Assembly (NCBI RefSeq): GCF_964204645.1 | Contig: NC_134026.1 | Location: 1,759,950-1,823,949 of the forward strand | DNA length: 64,000 bases | Origin: Tubulanus polymorphus | Taxonomy: Eukaryota > Animalia > Nemertea | Reading direction: 5' to 3' | Part shown: positions 1-20,180 of the stretch, piece after piece | Layout: each line of letters starts with the position of its first letter | Numbering within the stretch: position 1 is the first letter of the stretch | Notes under the pieces: generated by a model | Seen by the model: the letters and a program-made list of their open reading frames with translations, nothing else | Told to the model about the DNA's origin: nothing | Databases searched by the model: none | Program-made: the position numbers and the translations under genes

Positions 1-349
1 CATAAAACTTTCAATCAATCGCAACAATGTCGAATCTGCATCTTCGTACAACATCAAATTATAATAGTAACGTTTCAAATTGGCTTTTCTGGAAGACTGA
101 CTTTTCACCCCATAATATAATGATTCCATATATCTGAAAAACAAATATCGCATAAAGTTATCACTGTATACATCTCAAATTGTTACATTTCATTACAGTG
201 TGAATAAAATGTAACAATTCTTGTGTTATTAGATGTCAATTGGTGGTTATTACAATGTAACAATTACTGAAGTCATCAAGAATCAACATTTCACCATTTC
301 TATAAAGTTATATTCTAGAGGGATTTTTATCAGTGACAGTAGTGCTTAC

Positions 350-777
350 CGAACAACAGGGGCTAACTGAAGTATTAGGAATATACTGCGTAATATCCAT
401 TTTAAAGCACCTGCTCTTGACTTGCCGTTATGCGCCATCTCTTGCCTATAATCAGTGATATACCACCACAGGCTAAATAAAGTCATAGTCACTGATGGGA
501 AGACGATAAATGCAACAGAACAAGCGAAATAGTTAATATCCCCATCTCTATAGTAAACAAGGCAAAGCCAAACATCGGATCCGATATCAGTCATGTAAGT
601 AATAATTGAAAAAAAAGTTACTGCGAAGTCGACACACGAATATGGCAATTCAGGAGGCGTGCCATCGACAAAATCTTCTCCTAGTTCATCATCATCAGGT
701 TTAATAATCTCAAATCTATCCGCAATATCCCTTCTTGTACGGATAAACTTTGCTTTGGCTCTTTCATGGTTCGCCAT
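350..777 (-). CDS. XK-related protein (XKR4/6/7-like scramblase), first coding exon; gene continues past the left edge
   Basis: ATG at 777; translation includes ...FSIITYMTDIGSDVWLCLVYY...FIVFPSVTMTLFSLWWY...ILQLAPVVR, the typical XK-family N-terminal TM region; GTAAG donor at 349. Confidence 0.85.
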
Positions 778-1393
778 CGTTGCTTCACTACTTGGATTCA
801 AGGAGGTGCTGCCATCTGACGAGAAAATATAACTGAACCTTGTATCCAGGAGGTGCTGCCACCTTGTGATGATATAAGATCTGTCAATGTTCTCGGCACT
901 ATTGAAATATCTATTTCGCTAAATATTCAGGTCTATGTTTCAGAATTTTCATAGGCTACTTTTGAATTTTGATTACTGAAATAGGCTTCGCAAAATATTT
1001 CATCGAAACCCGAGCCGTGGAGGTATGTCAGTTTTTGAGCGCGTTGATTGGATGATCGAGGTGGGTGCGACACCAACTCGCGCGCTGATTGGTGGATTAG
1101 TGGGTTTGACATGTGGTTTTTCCTGTTAATTCGTTCACGTGTATTGCCACACACACAGAGCCCACTGCACCTGTGAATTATAACGGCGTAAAAAAACAGG
1201 TTCATATCGGGTTCAAATAGGTTCATATCGGGGACACGAATAGTTTAGGTTGACTGTAGTCTGAGCCCGGCCCTTTTCTCTGCTTGTGATCGACGTACCC
1301 GTACACAGCTTTCAAATCCAGTAAGTGGGTAAGCGTAAGATTTGACAGCTGCTTTTCAGCGATTAGAATTTACTGACGTTCTTTCCGTTCTAG

Positions 1394-1563
1394 CACAGGG
1401 GCTCGTATCATACGTTTGGAGGTGAACTGTAGCTTAGATCATCCAGCAGTATCCCTGGTAAAGAAAATTCTTTCTTTTTATATATATATATATAGTACCA
1501 GGGATACTGGCACGATGATCTAAGCTACAGTTCACCCCCAAACTTATGATATGAGCCCCTGTG
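1394..1563. mobile_element. Hairpin MITE (P- or hAT-like) in the probable 5'UTR intron of TDH1
   Basis: Long imperfect TIRs CACAGGGGCTC...GAGCCCCTGTG around a TA-rich spacer; 8-bp TSD CGTTCTAG at 1386-1393 and 1564-1571. Confidence 0.85.
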
Positions 1564-1863
1564 CGTTCTAGAGGACATGATCTTTGTAGGCTACCATCTA
1601 ATGCCAATGGTCAGTAGTTATTAATAAGATAAGCGATAGGTCTATTGGGCCAGGTCTAGATATTGGTATATCTATACTGATATATATTACGGTATGGAAA
1701 TTGCTATCTATGCATTGTTCTATATAGTCTCTTGCCTTGGGCTTCAGGAAATGAAGTAGCTTTAGTCCTCATAATTTACGGCTTAATTGAATAAATTTCA
1801 TTTAGTATCTTCCTTTTTTCTGTCTAGGATTTTTGAAGTCTTATTCAACGCAGCTGTACAAAG

Positions 1864-4208
<2,345 letters not shown>

Positions 4209-4899
4209 AAATGCCTATTTAAAACAGCAGTTTCCCAAATGAATAAATCATTTGCGAAGGCTAGATGTGCGTGTTACACTCTGTTCTCACTTGAGTATAA
4301 TTGATGCCAAACAATTAATGACATGAATTTTCAGTCTATTAAGTTAGTCTTCTAAGACATTAGTTTGAGACTGTTGTATATACAATGTATAAAACTGTGA
4401 TATTCGAAATATTTCCATATCTTTATTTGCTCCACGACTTACAATACTGATGTTTCATGATCTGTAATGAATAGATATGGCTTAATGTTATTATGAGAAA
4501 TAGATCTGAAATTATGTTGAAAACTAAGATCTGATATTTTTTGTGTGTTTTATCACACATTCCATTATATTCCCGATGGTCAAATTGCATTTATCATCAC
4601 ATATTTTTAAGTCCCGGTATTACGATTCCCTCGGATCTGATGTACTATGCGATTATTGTAATATTTCTGTGATACACATACCGGTCAACGTTTATTGTGT
4701 AGACAAAATGTTATGTTTGAATTCCTATTTTGTAGACGTATGTACGTTTTTATATGCACTCATGACTTCATGACACATGTTTTATTGCTGTATACCCACC
4801 CAAATAAACTCACATTCATGTATTCTTAAGAATTATATTATCAATAGGCTGACAAAACCTATGTACAGTTTCACAGATTGTGGTTAAGATTTACTCCTG

Positions 4900-5030
4900 G
4901 GCCCGGTTTTATAGACACGGGGGGCTAACTTGATTCATTTTCAATTTAGTTAGCCCCCGGGTTAACTTGATTCATTTTCAATTTAGTTAGCCCCCGGGTT
5001 AAAGGTAATACCAGTCTATAAAACCGGGCC
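4900..5030. mobile_element. PIF/Harbinger-type MITE with an internal ~37-bp tandem duplication
   Basis: TIR GGCCCGGTTTTATAGAC / GTCTATAAAACCGGGCC; 3-bp TSD CTG. Confidence 0.8.
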
Positions 5031-6134
5031 CTGGGGTTTATTAGATATATTGACAGCTTAATTTTCCCTAGAGTCGATTCAACCCGTAGCTCTGTAACTC
5101 ATCAGCCTGTATCTCTGCATTTTCTGTCACAAACTGACAATTCAATAAATGCCTTTGACAATGAATATTTGTATATAAATGTTTTTGCTCATAACCACGA
5201 TTTGATATGATGTGTATAAGAAAGACGCGACTAGCTGTTTTAATAATGCCGTTTTTGTGATGATCTTACACTGGTAACAGTGTTAACGTTTTACTGCCCG
5301 ATCTGCATATCATAACTTGAACTGATGTCTTCTCATAAAGCTGTACGGCTTATTTTGTAGATCTGACAATTATCATGTATTTTTCTAGAAAACGCAATAA
5401 TCCCGGTCAAACAATTACATGACAGTTATATCAAAAGCTACCTGAATATTATTAATTCTGCTTGATTTACGTAAGTATATGGTATGTAACTATCACAGAG
5501 CAATTTTGTGCGTGAAACATATCTGTCAACATTTTTAGTCTAACATTTACATATATACATTTATATATCTGGTGTTTTAAAAGATAAATCAAAAATATAT
5601 GTTAACTATATATTTGCTCGTGGGAAATAATTGTGTAATGATTGCTTCATTTTGTGGGCTTAAAGAATAATAAAATATTGATACGTATTCATTCGAGTTT
5701 TTTTTGTCTATTCTTTTTCGGTAAATCGAGGGGTTTTCTTGTGTGATGTGATACGACTTATGAAAGACAGTTTCATTATTTTGAGAGCTATTGTTGGTTC
5801 GTTTCGAGACGTTTAGTTCCGTGTACCAATCATACAGTCGTTTCTTCGTACCTCGCCTCAGTGACCCAATACCAACCAACCCTCAATGGGTCCAAATAAT
5901 TTGGAAATTGTCAATACAATGTCTCGTATCTCGTGTTTTAATTGATTTGTATGGATCGTCAAGGGCGAGATTTCATTGTGCGTGTTTGAATGTTTTTCTA
6001 TTTTGGGAAGCCTTTTTTCCATGCTAGTGAATAATTGTATGAGTTCAAAAAGTTCACGGAATGTTGAAGTGGAACACGACGGTTATTATACACTTTCATA
6101 GAGCTCATCATTCTACCCGTACCTGCTCGGTAAA

Positions 6135-9567
<3,433 letters not shown>

Positions 9568-10558
9568 TTGATTCGTATTTTTGATACAATAATACTGGAC
9601 AATCATTTTGGATTTCAATAATCAATGTTCGCGTGAATCTCGGCGTTGCGCATCGAGTTATCTCAGAATATTCTGGAAATAACCTGCGCGATTTGTGCAG
9701 AGATGATCGGTCTGCGTTGGTGAATTGTGTTATTACCGGCAAATGATAAACTTCATTAACGCAGCATCGTTTGACAAATTCTCAAAGATGATTCACCAAA
9801 GATAAAACATAATTATTTTCTGAAAACTATAAGTTTACTTTTTCGGCGATAATTGTTTTAATAAGTTATGAGATTTTCTATAAATGATTATTTTGAAATC
9901 ATTGACCGAAGGTGTTGTAAGTGTTTATTTTAATCAACCGATTTTAACGATTAGTTAGTTTTGCATATCATATATTCCCTTATATTTTTAAGAAAACAAT
10001 AAAATATAATCAAATATAAAGACAATTGGACGTGTGTTTGTTTTAGTTCATTTCTATTAAGAAAGCAAAAACTGGATGCATGAAAACTCTAGAGATTAGC
10101 AATGTATCGAAAGAAATTATTTGCTTATCTTCGACTTGCATTTGGCATCCAACTAAAATCAACTACCACAATTCAACTATGATAATCGAAAGCCGACAGT
10201 TATAAAGAAGGATTTTTCGAATAACCGACAATATCAATTTTATTCAACACTGTTTTACGGGATGTTTCCTATCCATCGAGAAGTGTCGTTAATTCATAAA
10301 CAAAGAGTTGATAATTAATTTCCATTGACTAGAATTATACATTGAGCAAAAATATATAAACACTTTTCATTCACACACTGCAGTTTTTAAATATGATAAT
10401 TATATGTTTTACATATTCAGAAAATAATTCTTTCTTCAATCTTCGGGCTACAACAGATGTCCATATATCACCTTAAATGTAGCGGTATATTCCATACTCG
10501 ATGAGTAATTGATACGTCGAATCCCGTTGACAGATTTCGAAGAATCCCGTGATTTTGT

Positions 10559-11571
10559 TCAGTTATACTGGGGACGGTCAATTCCTAAACTGTCCCATTT
10601 GATCCATGATAATCGAGCCGTCAAATCTGTAAAGTATGATTTTAAAGATTTAAGAAAAAAATCTCTGAAGAAACTTCGGTCTTATGAACTACCGCGGTGA
10701 TTATTTTAGGATAAAAAATTAACGGTTTTAGTAGACTTTCTGTAGCATTGAAAACCACAATATTTTCCTTAAAAAATAAGTGATAATTTTGCTATCAAAA
10801 TGATGAGATTTTCTGGCGAAGCAAAGTAATGTCCAAACGTGAGCAAAATTATTGCGACAACAACAGAAATCATGAGAGTTTAGAAATTATTTTTTTCGAA
10901 TGATTTTGATCCCAAACTCAAACTTTGAACAATCAAGAAAGGTGAACAATCACGAAGTATTTTACAACAGGTAAATAATTGATAAATTCTTTCAACTTGG
11001 TTTTAAACTTACCACTTGTGTTCCACTCGACAGTGTTTTTGGCGCTTCCTTTCAATGATTTATCGATGTACTCAAGTGGAGGTCTTCCGGATAATAGAAT
11101 ATCTCTTAATAACGCTATGTAAGCTATTGCCAGGCGTAAAGTATCAATTTTTGAAAGTCGTTTCTCGTACGGAAATGTAGGAACGTGTAAGCGCAGTTCC
11201 TCGAATGCAGTATTGATGCTCATCATTCGTTTTCTTTCCCTGATATTCGCGGCGTGTCGTTGTACTCGGTAAGGTCCGTGATAAGTGTACGTGAAATTAC
11301 AATGTCCGCGATCGGGACCGAATCCGTCACTGTCGGGCGATGCAGCTGTCATATAACCCTGCCCTAACTGGCCGTACACACATGAAGGCGAAGGTTCGAT
11401 CCCCAAACCGCCCGTGTTATCGGCGCCCATACACGGACCAAACATCGCGCCCTGACCAGTTCGGCCGCAGTCCTCATATTCCTGTTCAAAATGCGACAGC
11501 GCCTCGTTGTTGTTGTTAAACGAATTCTTATGGCGACAACTTTCTCTAAAATTCACTATATTATCATTCAT
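10559..11571 (-). CDS. Fer2: bHLH transcription factor Fer2 (48-related 2, PTF1a family), 2 exons (11571-11013, 10626-10559)
   Basis: b[52 protein letters not shown]; the splice rebuilds the conserved [15 protein letters not shown] motif; TGA at 10561-10559. Confidence 0.88.
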
Positions 11572-14500
11572 GATGTTGACTGTCAAATAGAGCTGCTCAC
11601 ACCGGCACGCTATAAAATTGGGTAAAACTGTTGATGTCAGGAACTCTCAGCTCCAGATTTTGAGCCGATACTCGGTGAGGCAAGACTTCCAAGTGAACCT
11701 GTCAACCGCAGAAACCGTTCATATTTATACCGGGATAAATTCTTTCAGAAGTTTCTGCTCGCCGTCACTTTCAACTGGTCTTATCCAATTAGCTGCTGAT
11801 GACAGGGTGACGGATTAAACAGTGCTAGCGGGGAGCCGGGAAACTGATCAATATGGAGAGAAACCCAACCAAAGCCAAACCTCTCCAAACACAAAACATC
11901 AACGCCAGGGGTTGAATTATTCCTATTGATTTTGACACTTCTCTATGAGACGTACTTCCTCAAGTACCACTTGTTCTTCGACGCGAAGAAGGCGGGGTTA
12001 CCGTGGCTTAATGGTCATTGGTCAGCCGGTTGCAGAGATCTCAGGGACATCGCGGCTTCGAGATGGAAAATTGTCCGTGAGTCGGGGACAAACCCAGGGA
12101 CAAGTGAAAAAAACTTTTAAGAGCATTAGTGTACAAGCAGAATTTATGTTTTGGTCGATACAATCACAAAGATTTCACGAGAAAATTTTCGTTCTAAATG
12201 ATATCCAAAATACTGTGTACAGATATTTGAGGTGATATTTTCAAACATTTTAAGATTTTAAGAATTCGTTCCGAAGAATGTATAAGAAAAAGGCCGTCCC
12301 GTCGTGAGTGCGTATCAATCTAAATAGGGTTAGTCTTGAGAAACCAAGATCTAAACGACGTAAAGCAAGACGTTTCAGTATTTAAACTATAGCATAACTG
12401 TAAGGAAGAAAGTAATGAATACCGAGTCCGAATAGATATTGATTTTCACGCATTTTGTCAGATATATTTCAAACCTTTAAGATTATTCAAAGACATGATA
12501 TTGATAGAATTGAACTTCATTTGTCTCGGCGTCCCTATTCACCTATTCAAATGGGTGATAGATAATGGCAATATTTGTAGTTCATAACTCTGAGGGGGGG
12601 TTGGTTAAACGACAGGGCGTCTCTGACAATAGGATCAAGAGGAACAGAAATATTGTAATGATGTAACAATCTCTAACCGCGATCTAATTTTATTTAGGAA
12701 AGTGTTAAAATGAATTGTATTTCTTCCGCAATCTCGAACATCTCATTGTCACAATCACAGTTGAACTATATGGAAGATTCGGTAACCTCAGCCGTGGGGG
12801 TTCCTTTTAGGGTAGTCACGTGTATCTTAATCCATTAATCCACGACACGTGACTTCACCTCTCGTATGAAATACCCGGAACGTCTTACATAAGCTAAGAG
12901 CTGCACTTGTCGACAATTCTTGAATTCAGGAAATATCGTTGACAAACAAAGGAAATTCGAAGGGATTCCTTTAAGTATTTCTTTTGTTTTATTCCAAACG
13001 CGGATTTGTGACGGATTTTTTTTCAGTCTTGGCGCGCGGAATCGTTGTATGTTGTTATTGCCGGTATCCGTTTCGACCGACACGTGTTTTACTGTGACTG
13101 TCGCACGCGCGAAAAAAATAAATCACGCGTTGAACCGTCGGTGTGGGGTTTCCTTCACAATTCAAATAATAGAACGCGAATGGTTAAAATGAGGGGTTTC
13201 AGTGGGGGAAACAACGAGTTAAGAACATAAGAGATCCGGGCAATTAACCAGCTATTAACGACTAATAAACGACCGTGGATTAGCTCAATAGAAGCCGGTC
13301 AAAGATGCCCGGAGAAGATGCCGTATATTTTCTCAAGATGCGTGCTGTCCACTCAACCGTATACCACTCCGGTATTAAAGAATTATCGCGTACTCATTCA
13401 ATGCAAAGTTCAACTTCTTATAATGAGTTCATATTTAATTCTATCAAAAATTCATAAAGATCTATAGTCTTTATATGAATTTTTGATTCTATTCATTGAC
13501 CAATTTTTACAAATATTGTATTTATTTGTTTATTATAGTGACATGTACATCGTATATAAATACGAATATAAGATGTAGATACAATAACCAGCCATAATTC
13601 AGACCTATTAAATATAAGAAATGAATTACATTTTACGCACGAATACATAAAAAGAATGTTTCTGCAAAACTAATAGTTACAAAATTGGATTTAGATATAT
13701 TTGTAAGATGAATTTATGACTATAGACTTTCACTTTGTACACGAACTAATTCTTCATGATTTGAATCTATTTTAGTTTTGTTCGGGTGGATTTGTTCACA
13801 ATACATTTGATATAAAAGTGGATCGGTGGAACCATTGACATTTCATTACTGATTTATGAAAATAATCTTGGGAACAATCACGTAAAATAAAGAGGAGTTT
13901 ATTCTGACCGAGACAATAATCGTTTTTGAGAAATCATTTTTTTCTTCGATATCTAGTGTGAAGATATCAGATAGAATTTCTATCATACTACAGAATGAAG
14001 GAAGTAGATTCAGATTTATGACTGCTGTTCTGGTAAAATTGCCTTGGACACGGCGCTGTGGAGACACAAGACATCACAGTCTGTAAATGACAAGCAATTA
14101 TAGCTGTTTGACTGAGGATAATGTTACGTCAAGGCGTGGCGTCAACCCGCATAGCTCTGATTACATATCTGAATAGATTATGAAAATAATATCTTCTGTA
14201 GACGAAAAGGGAAAAGCATTCTTGATATTATATTTCCTTAGCTATATATATATATATATACTTATATGCTATGTTATAAACTTTTCATTGAAATGTATCC
14301 TTTAAATTGTGACTGACAGGCCTACAATAGATAAATTGCAATTTCAAAATCTCATTTTGGTCCCAGTTTCAAATCAAAGTCAAATCGTCGGAGAAATGAA
14401 CATATTCTACGTAAACAAATTGAAATCTAAGAGTTATGAATCTATCTAATCAGTTTCTATTCAGCCCATTATCGGCCGATTATAGTTCCGAGATCAAGAT

Positions 14501-16722
14501 GAAAGTGTTGACCACAGATACAGAGAGCGCGGTTCATTGAAAAATCTCAGTTTGATTGATGAACGATTTCCAGTTAATTTCTCTTTCATACAGTTGTTGT
14601 TACTAATGCCGGCAGAGTAAGTCACCTCCCAGGGTGTCCGTTGGTTTGGTGTCCTGGAAGTCCCGCGGTCTTCGATACATTTTCTCACTAAATGACTGAA
14701 CGAGTGATCGCCGACCCATCCCAAAACAAGAAGTTAATTATCACACCCTTGGGGGCCAATTTCAGCGACGACACTTGACAAGTGTTCTCTTAGCGGACTA
14801 GTGTTTATCTCTAAGGACCTAACATCATCCGTTATCATCCACACCCCACCCAGCGCCCAGGGCGTTAGAATGATTGTTCCATTAACTGGCCATTGACACT
14901 GGAACGGACCGGTACGCACGTCTCGGCCTCGGATACAGACCTGTGATATATACACGCGTGCACGGATTAATGACACCGTTGTCAAGTATTAATCTACCAT
15001 ATTTAATTATAAAACTGACTCGCCGTTTTCACCACCGCAGTTTGTCTGACTGGACAATGTGTTTTCGACGAGTTTCTGTCAGATCACACTAGATGTCAAA
15101 TCCAACACAGATTTCTTACCAAATCTGTTCGAGAATGATCGTGTGTTGAAATCTTTTTCTTGAAGTTGCATCCACAGATTAAAGAATCCGCTGATAACGT
15201 CTGACGGTGTCTTTGTTTATCAATTTCATCTCTACATGTATATTCGAGAAAAAAAAACCTGAAGTCGCGGCCTACATCGATCTAGTTCACCCCAAAATTT
15301 CGAAATCGTACAGTAAACCCACTTTTACAACCTCGGCCGAAAACGAAACCATTCTTGTGACTTCCTCATGTATTTCCCCCCTTAACTCATGAACTACAAA
15401 CCTTAGACCAATTTTTCCGGTGTCAGTTAGCCCGAGTTAGGCGAAGTTTACTGAATATGTGTTTTCGGTTTGTAGGAGAAAATCCCAAATCTTCAAAGTA
15501 GGTAAAATCACCCTGAATTTTACAAGAACATTTCAAATCATCAAATGGTTTCACGATATGATTTTATAAAAAATTTGAATTTTTTTTATAAGCCGTAAAA
15601 ATAGATAAAATATAAAACAGTTAATGTATTTCGACGTTTTTAGGATTTGCAAAATGACTTATTAAGGCGTATTTTACTAAAACCTCTATTGTAGATGTAG
15701 TGTACTCAGACATCGTGGATACCATTGAACTGCTGGCACAGTCTCAATACAGGAAAACAGTCCCAAATCATAAATAAGTAAGAATTAACTCAGATTTCGT
15801 ATGACTTGTGTATTACAAACAGAAGCATGGAAAATATTCAAGTTTGTACATCATCTTACAGATATTTACAGAAATGACAATACTTCAGCGGCATTTCTAT
15901 CTAGCGCGCCATCTACAGGGCATTAAGCGCATTAACTTAGGCAATATCGTGACCTAAAAACTAAATTGCTTAGCTTGGCAGTGGTTTCATCGGACGAACA
16001 AATCTAACAACAAAACTATCTAACTTTTACATAGTTGATTTTATGTATAAAACATTCATTCACGTAATTCAAGAATTACTACATTTTAAAACTGTCAATA
16101 AATTCAATTACCAGGACATTGATTATTACGCTTTGAGACTAACATTTGTCCAAATGCATGTAACAAGATATGATTTTCTGGAATTTGTCATCCATAATTC
16201 AGCGTACGTTAATCTATGCAATCAAAAGCATAAATGATGATATAGTTTTATTAGAATGGACTTGAAGTACGTTTACAGAGAATCGAGCATTTTCGCAATC
16301 AACGAAATCACAATATCCACCATTATTATCAACCAATAAATAAAGGATGATACCCATGAATTTCATATTAATATATTCAGAAACAAGGTCGCGGTAAAAT
16401 GCAGTAGCCTCTAGCCTAGATTTTGATATGAAGTATATCGGGACATGAATGAACACAAAGGGCTCCGTATAGGTAGGCACACTGCCAACAACATTAGTAC
16501 GAAAGGCTTGAATATAAATCAAGATTCCTTTAGAAATGATGCCAAAAAACAGTTGACAGTCACTGGAACTGGAATAGTAGTATAATTATTGCAATTTCAC
16601 ATCTCGAAATACCATAGAGAGATCTAGTGAAACTATCTCGGCAAAAACATCTTACAACGATCAAAACATGTGTCCCATTCCTGCCACTCTATATTCAACG
16701 AAATAGACTAAAATTATCGATA

Positions 16723-19700
16723 TTAAGACGCTTCACTATTGCTAGTATTAACTGTACAATCTTGTTCATCCAAACTGCCACTAGGTGTCTCTAGTTTTTG
16801 TCGTTTGTTCTCAGCTGCTGTTACTGGTGATGATTCTGTGTTATCATTAGAACAGTCTATATCATCAGACGGACGTTTCTTCGACGGATTAAACTGAACG
16901 ATAATACACGTCATATTATCACAACCGGTTCCGTCTGTGAAGTGCGCATCCGGCGCCAAAACCTTCATAAAAAGCTGAAAAATTTCAAAACAATAATCAG
17001 ACTCTGAATCATCATCATCATCATCATCAATATTACAACAAGTGGTAATTAAGAATACGATAGCAAACCTGTTCGCATATCGTTGATAATTTAGCTGGAT
17101 TCTCTTGTATCAGTTCTTTGTGTATGTAATCAACAACCTCCTGACTAGACATAGAATTCCTGAAAAACATTCCGACAAATTATTATCACAACGACTCAAA
17201 TTTCGGTTAAACATGTGCCTGCGGTTAAACAACATACCATATTCCATCGCATGCTACAACCATGAATTCATCATTAGGAGTTAGTTCAGCAGTTAGTATA
17301 TCTGGAAGTGGTGATATCATCTGCTCTTTCAGTGGAAGATCTGTGTTATATTTATATATGTGGTCACCTGTAGTATAAGAAGTAGCCAAGGATAAACTCG
17401 CGCCGTGGCCGCACAAGTCAATAAAATAAGATCTAAATATGAGATAGTTCAAGATGCTTCGACCGATTTAAGCCCTATTTTGGTAGTAATTCTGAACTGT
17501 GGAGAGAGGGTTCAATTCCACACTTTAATTTAAGATTTACCCAGTAACACATAAATCAAGCCCAAATATCTAATAGAGAAAACACTGTCATTCTGTCTCT
17601 TACCGAGCGCTCTCGATAGATTCAATCCAGCGTTAACTCTTCCATCTGAAGTAACGACGCCACCTGCTTTAGTAATACGATCCGATTCGACTTTATCTTC
17701 CGGTTTATGATCGATAGACATATCTACCGCTTTACCACCACGACACAGAACACACCGCGAATCACCGACGTTAGCTACGAACAGCTTCTTTTCTCTGAGC
17801 AAACACAAAACAGCTGTAGTACCACTACCATACGCTGGCTACAATTATAAGAAAATTACACATTTAACTTATCCAGACCTTACATAAAATTTTGGGTAAC
17901 GCAGTCATAAAAATCGGTAAACTACATAGAATTCTGTCTAATTTACTACCTCATCTTCTTTAGCCAACATTTCCTGAGTCATATATAAACGTTCACCTTC
18001 ATCCGTTAACATCTCATCGTCATCGTCATCATCGCCTTCTTCTTCGCTGAGAAAAATTGAATTTGAATTTAATTACGAAACAGATCTAGAGCAGCGAGCG
18101 AATGATATCAACAAGCTAATATAATCGTTACCCTTCATCGTCGTCATCATCATCATCTACATAATCCTGATCACTGTCACTAGAATCATCATCACTATCA
18201 TCATCATCATCATCGTCGTCAATGATATCTTTGATGAGAAGAGCTGTTTTAGAGCTTGTACTCGGTTCACACTATAATACATAACACATATGTAAAACCA
18301 TTAGCATTTTATCTTGAAACAGATTTCAATTTAACAGTAAAACTTGCGTAAGTCGGATCGCTGTTAGTCCCGCTAGTCCAAAGGATTTTCAAGTACTAGA
18401 TTATAACCTCATGCATCACGTGTCTACAGAAAAATGTATCGAAGGACCATCGACCATTCAAATCTTTTTTGAAATATCATAGATTCTGAATATCACGAAC
18501 CTCATCCGATGTTGAGCTGCATTCTGCTACTGAATCCAAATTTTTACTATCAGTCGGGAGTTTTTCTTTCACTTCTGCCGGGGCGGAATCATTTTTATCA
18601 TCAGACGTACTGCTACTAGGTTCATCCGTCGGGAGTTTTGACGATGTGGATTTACTATTTTCCATTTTGATCGATTCGGCGCTTTGTTCCGAGACGTCAA
18701 CATTATCACCATTCATATCAGGTTTTGCGTGTCCGTTTATGAGAGCAGGTTTTGATTGTTCCGTATCTTTCTTCGCTTCAGCTTCCGAGTCTTCGTCCTC
18801 AATAATTGTTTGGTATTTGGCGCGTAGTTGCTGAATCGGCATTTTAGCTTCCTCGATCAGTTTGGCGGGATCAATAGATTCTAGAAAATACCGAAAACCG
18901 GAGGAAATTACGTTTAGATGGTTATGTTATTTCGAAAGAAGATCTAACAATCACTATCATCAGTTGTGAAGGATCAGTTGTAAAGGATCAGTGATAGGTT
19001 CTGAAGAGAGTTTTTATGCTTTTCTAATGTTTCTTCATTGTTGTAGCTAGGTTTTAGCATTTGTTCGGAGAAAAACTCTTCTCCCAAAATAAGATTAATT
19101 GAAATCGTTGATTAGATGAATTCATATATGCACTGATAAGTTGATTCATTTCAAACTCTTTGATTAGATTAATTAGCATAGTAAATTATGGGAAAATCAT
19201 TTAGAAATTACAAAAAAAAGAAATTTAACCAATTTTAAATGTAAATGTTTTGTTTAATTATGAACAGACCATCGATTTCTTCATCTTCAAACATTCCACT
19301 TATTGTTCGTAATTCACGGAGAATGTCATCTTTCAGAAGATTGGCGTCGAATTCTAGGAAAGATTCTTCTAAAGCTTTTTCCAAATTTCCCTCTTTATAA
19401 GTCGGCATCTTTTTGATAAAATCTGGTAAATGCATCGCGCAATACTGAGCAACTTCAGCACCTTTTTCAGAGAAAAAAAAAACACATGTATAAACAATTT
19501 CATTTCATGGTATCATCATAGGCGTCCCCAGGAATTTTCATAGGGGGTTCGAATAAGCATCAATCCAGTAGGCCCATCCACAATGTTGGGTGTTTGGTGG
19601 GCCTTCCCCAAAAAACTTTGTGAAAATTGGAGGCTTTAGCTGGAGACATTCACCAGGCTCTAAATGAATCATTTAGAGTTAAAAGTCTAGTCAAATCGGC

Positions 19701-20180
19701 AAGAAAAATCTTGAACATTGGTTACATAGTATCTTGAGAAGTTAGCTATATCGAAAAGGGGGTGCGTTAGCTGCCCCCGCACCCCATATATTATTTTAAA
19801 TCTATAAACCCCATTATGAGATCGATTGCTTTAATTTCACACATGTTTGTGGCGATTTCCTTTCAATACAATACCTCCATGCCCGTCGTACACTGCGAAT
19901 AGTGAAGTATTTGTATCCGAGTCAAAATCTGGGCAGCAGCTATGGGCGTCCTAGAAAATAATTGTGGCTAAGATAATTATTGGTTGATTGATTTTTTGCC
20001 AATATCCAAATTAGCTTGAAGTATTCAATACAATTCAATTAAAATTGTTGACCAGACCGGCTTCCCTACCTCTTGCGAGGCTCTCCAGCCCTGCATACTC
20101 GAGACTCCATACGAATAACTACCAGTCTCTTTATCAAATGATATCTTATCGGTTATAGGAGCAGATAAATACGACCCCAT
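16723..20180 (-). CDS. PPM1G: Protein phosphatase 1G (PP2C gamma), multi-exon
   Basis: MGSYLSAP..., [15 protein letters not shown], large acidic insert (D/E runs near 18000-18230), [38 protein letters not shown], basic C-terminal NLS. Confidence 0.95.

Noticed and set aside
17478-17528. GAGAGGGTTCAATTCCACACTTT resembling the 3' end of tRNA-Sec
   Set aside because: No acceptor stem, D arm or TCA anticodon arm can be folded; at most a remnant inside a PPM1G intron
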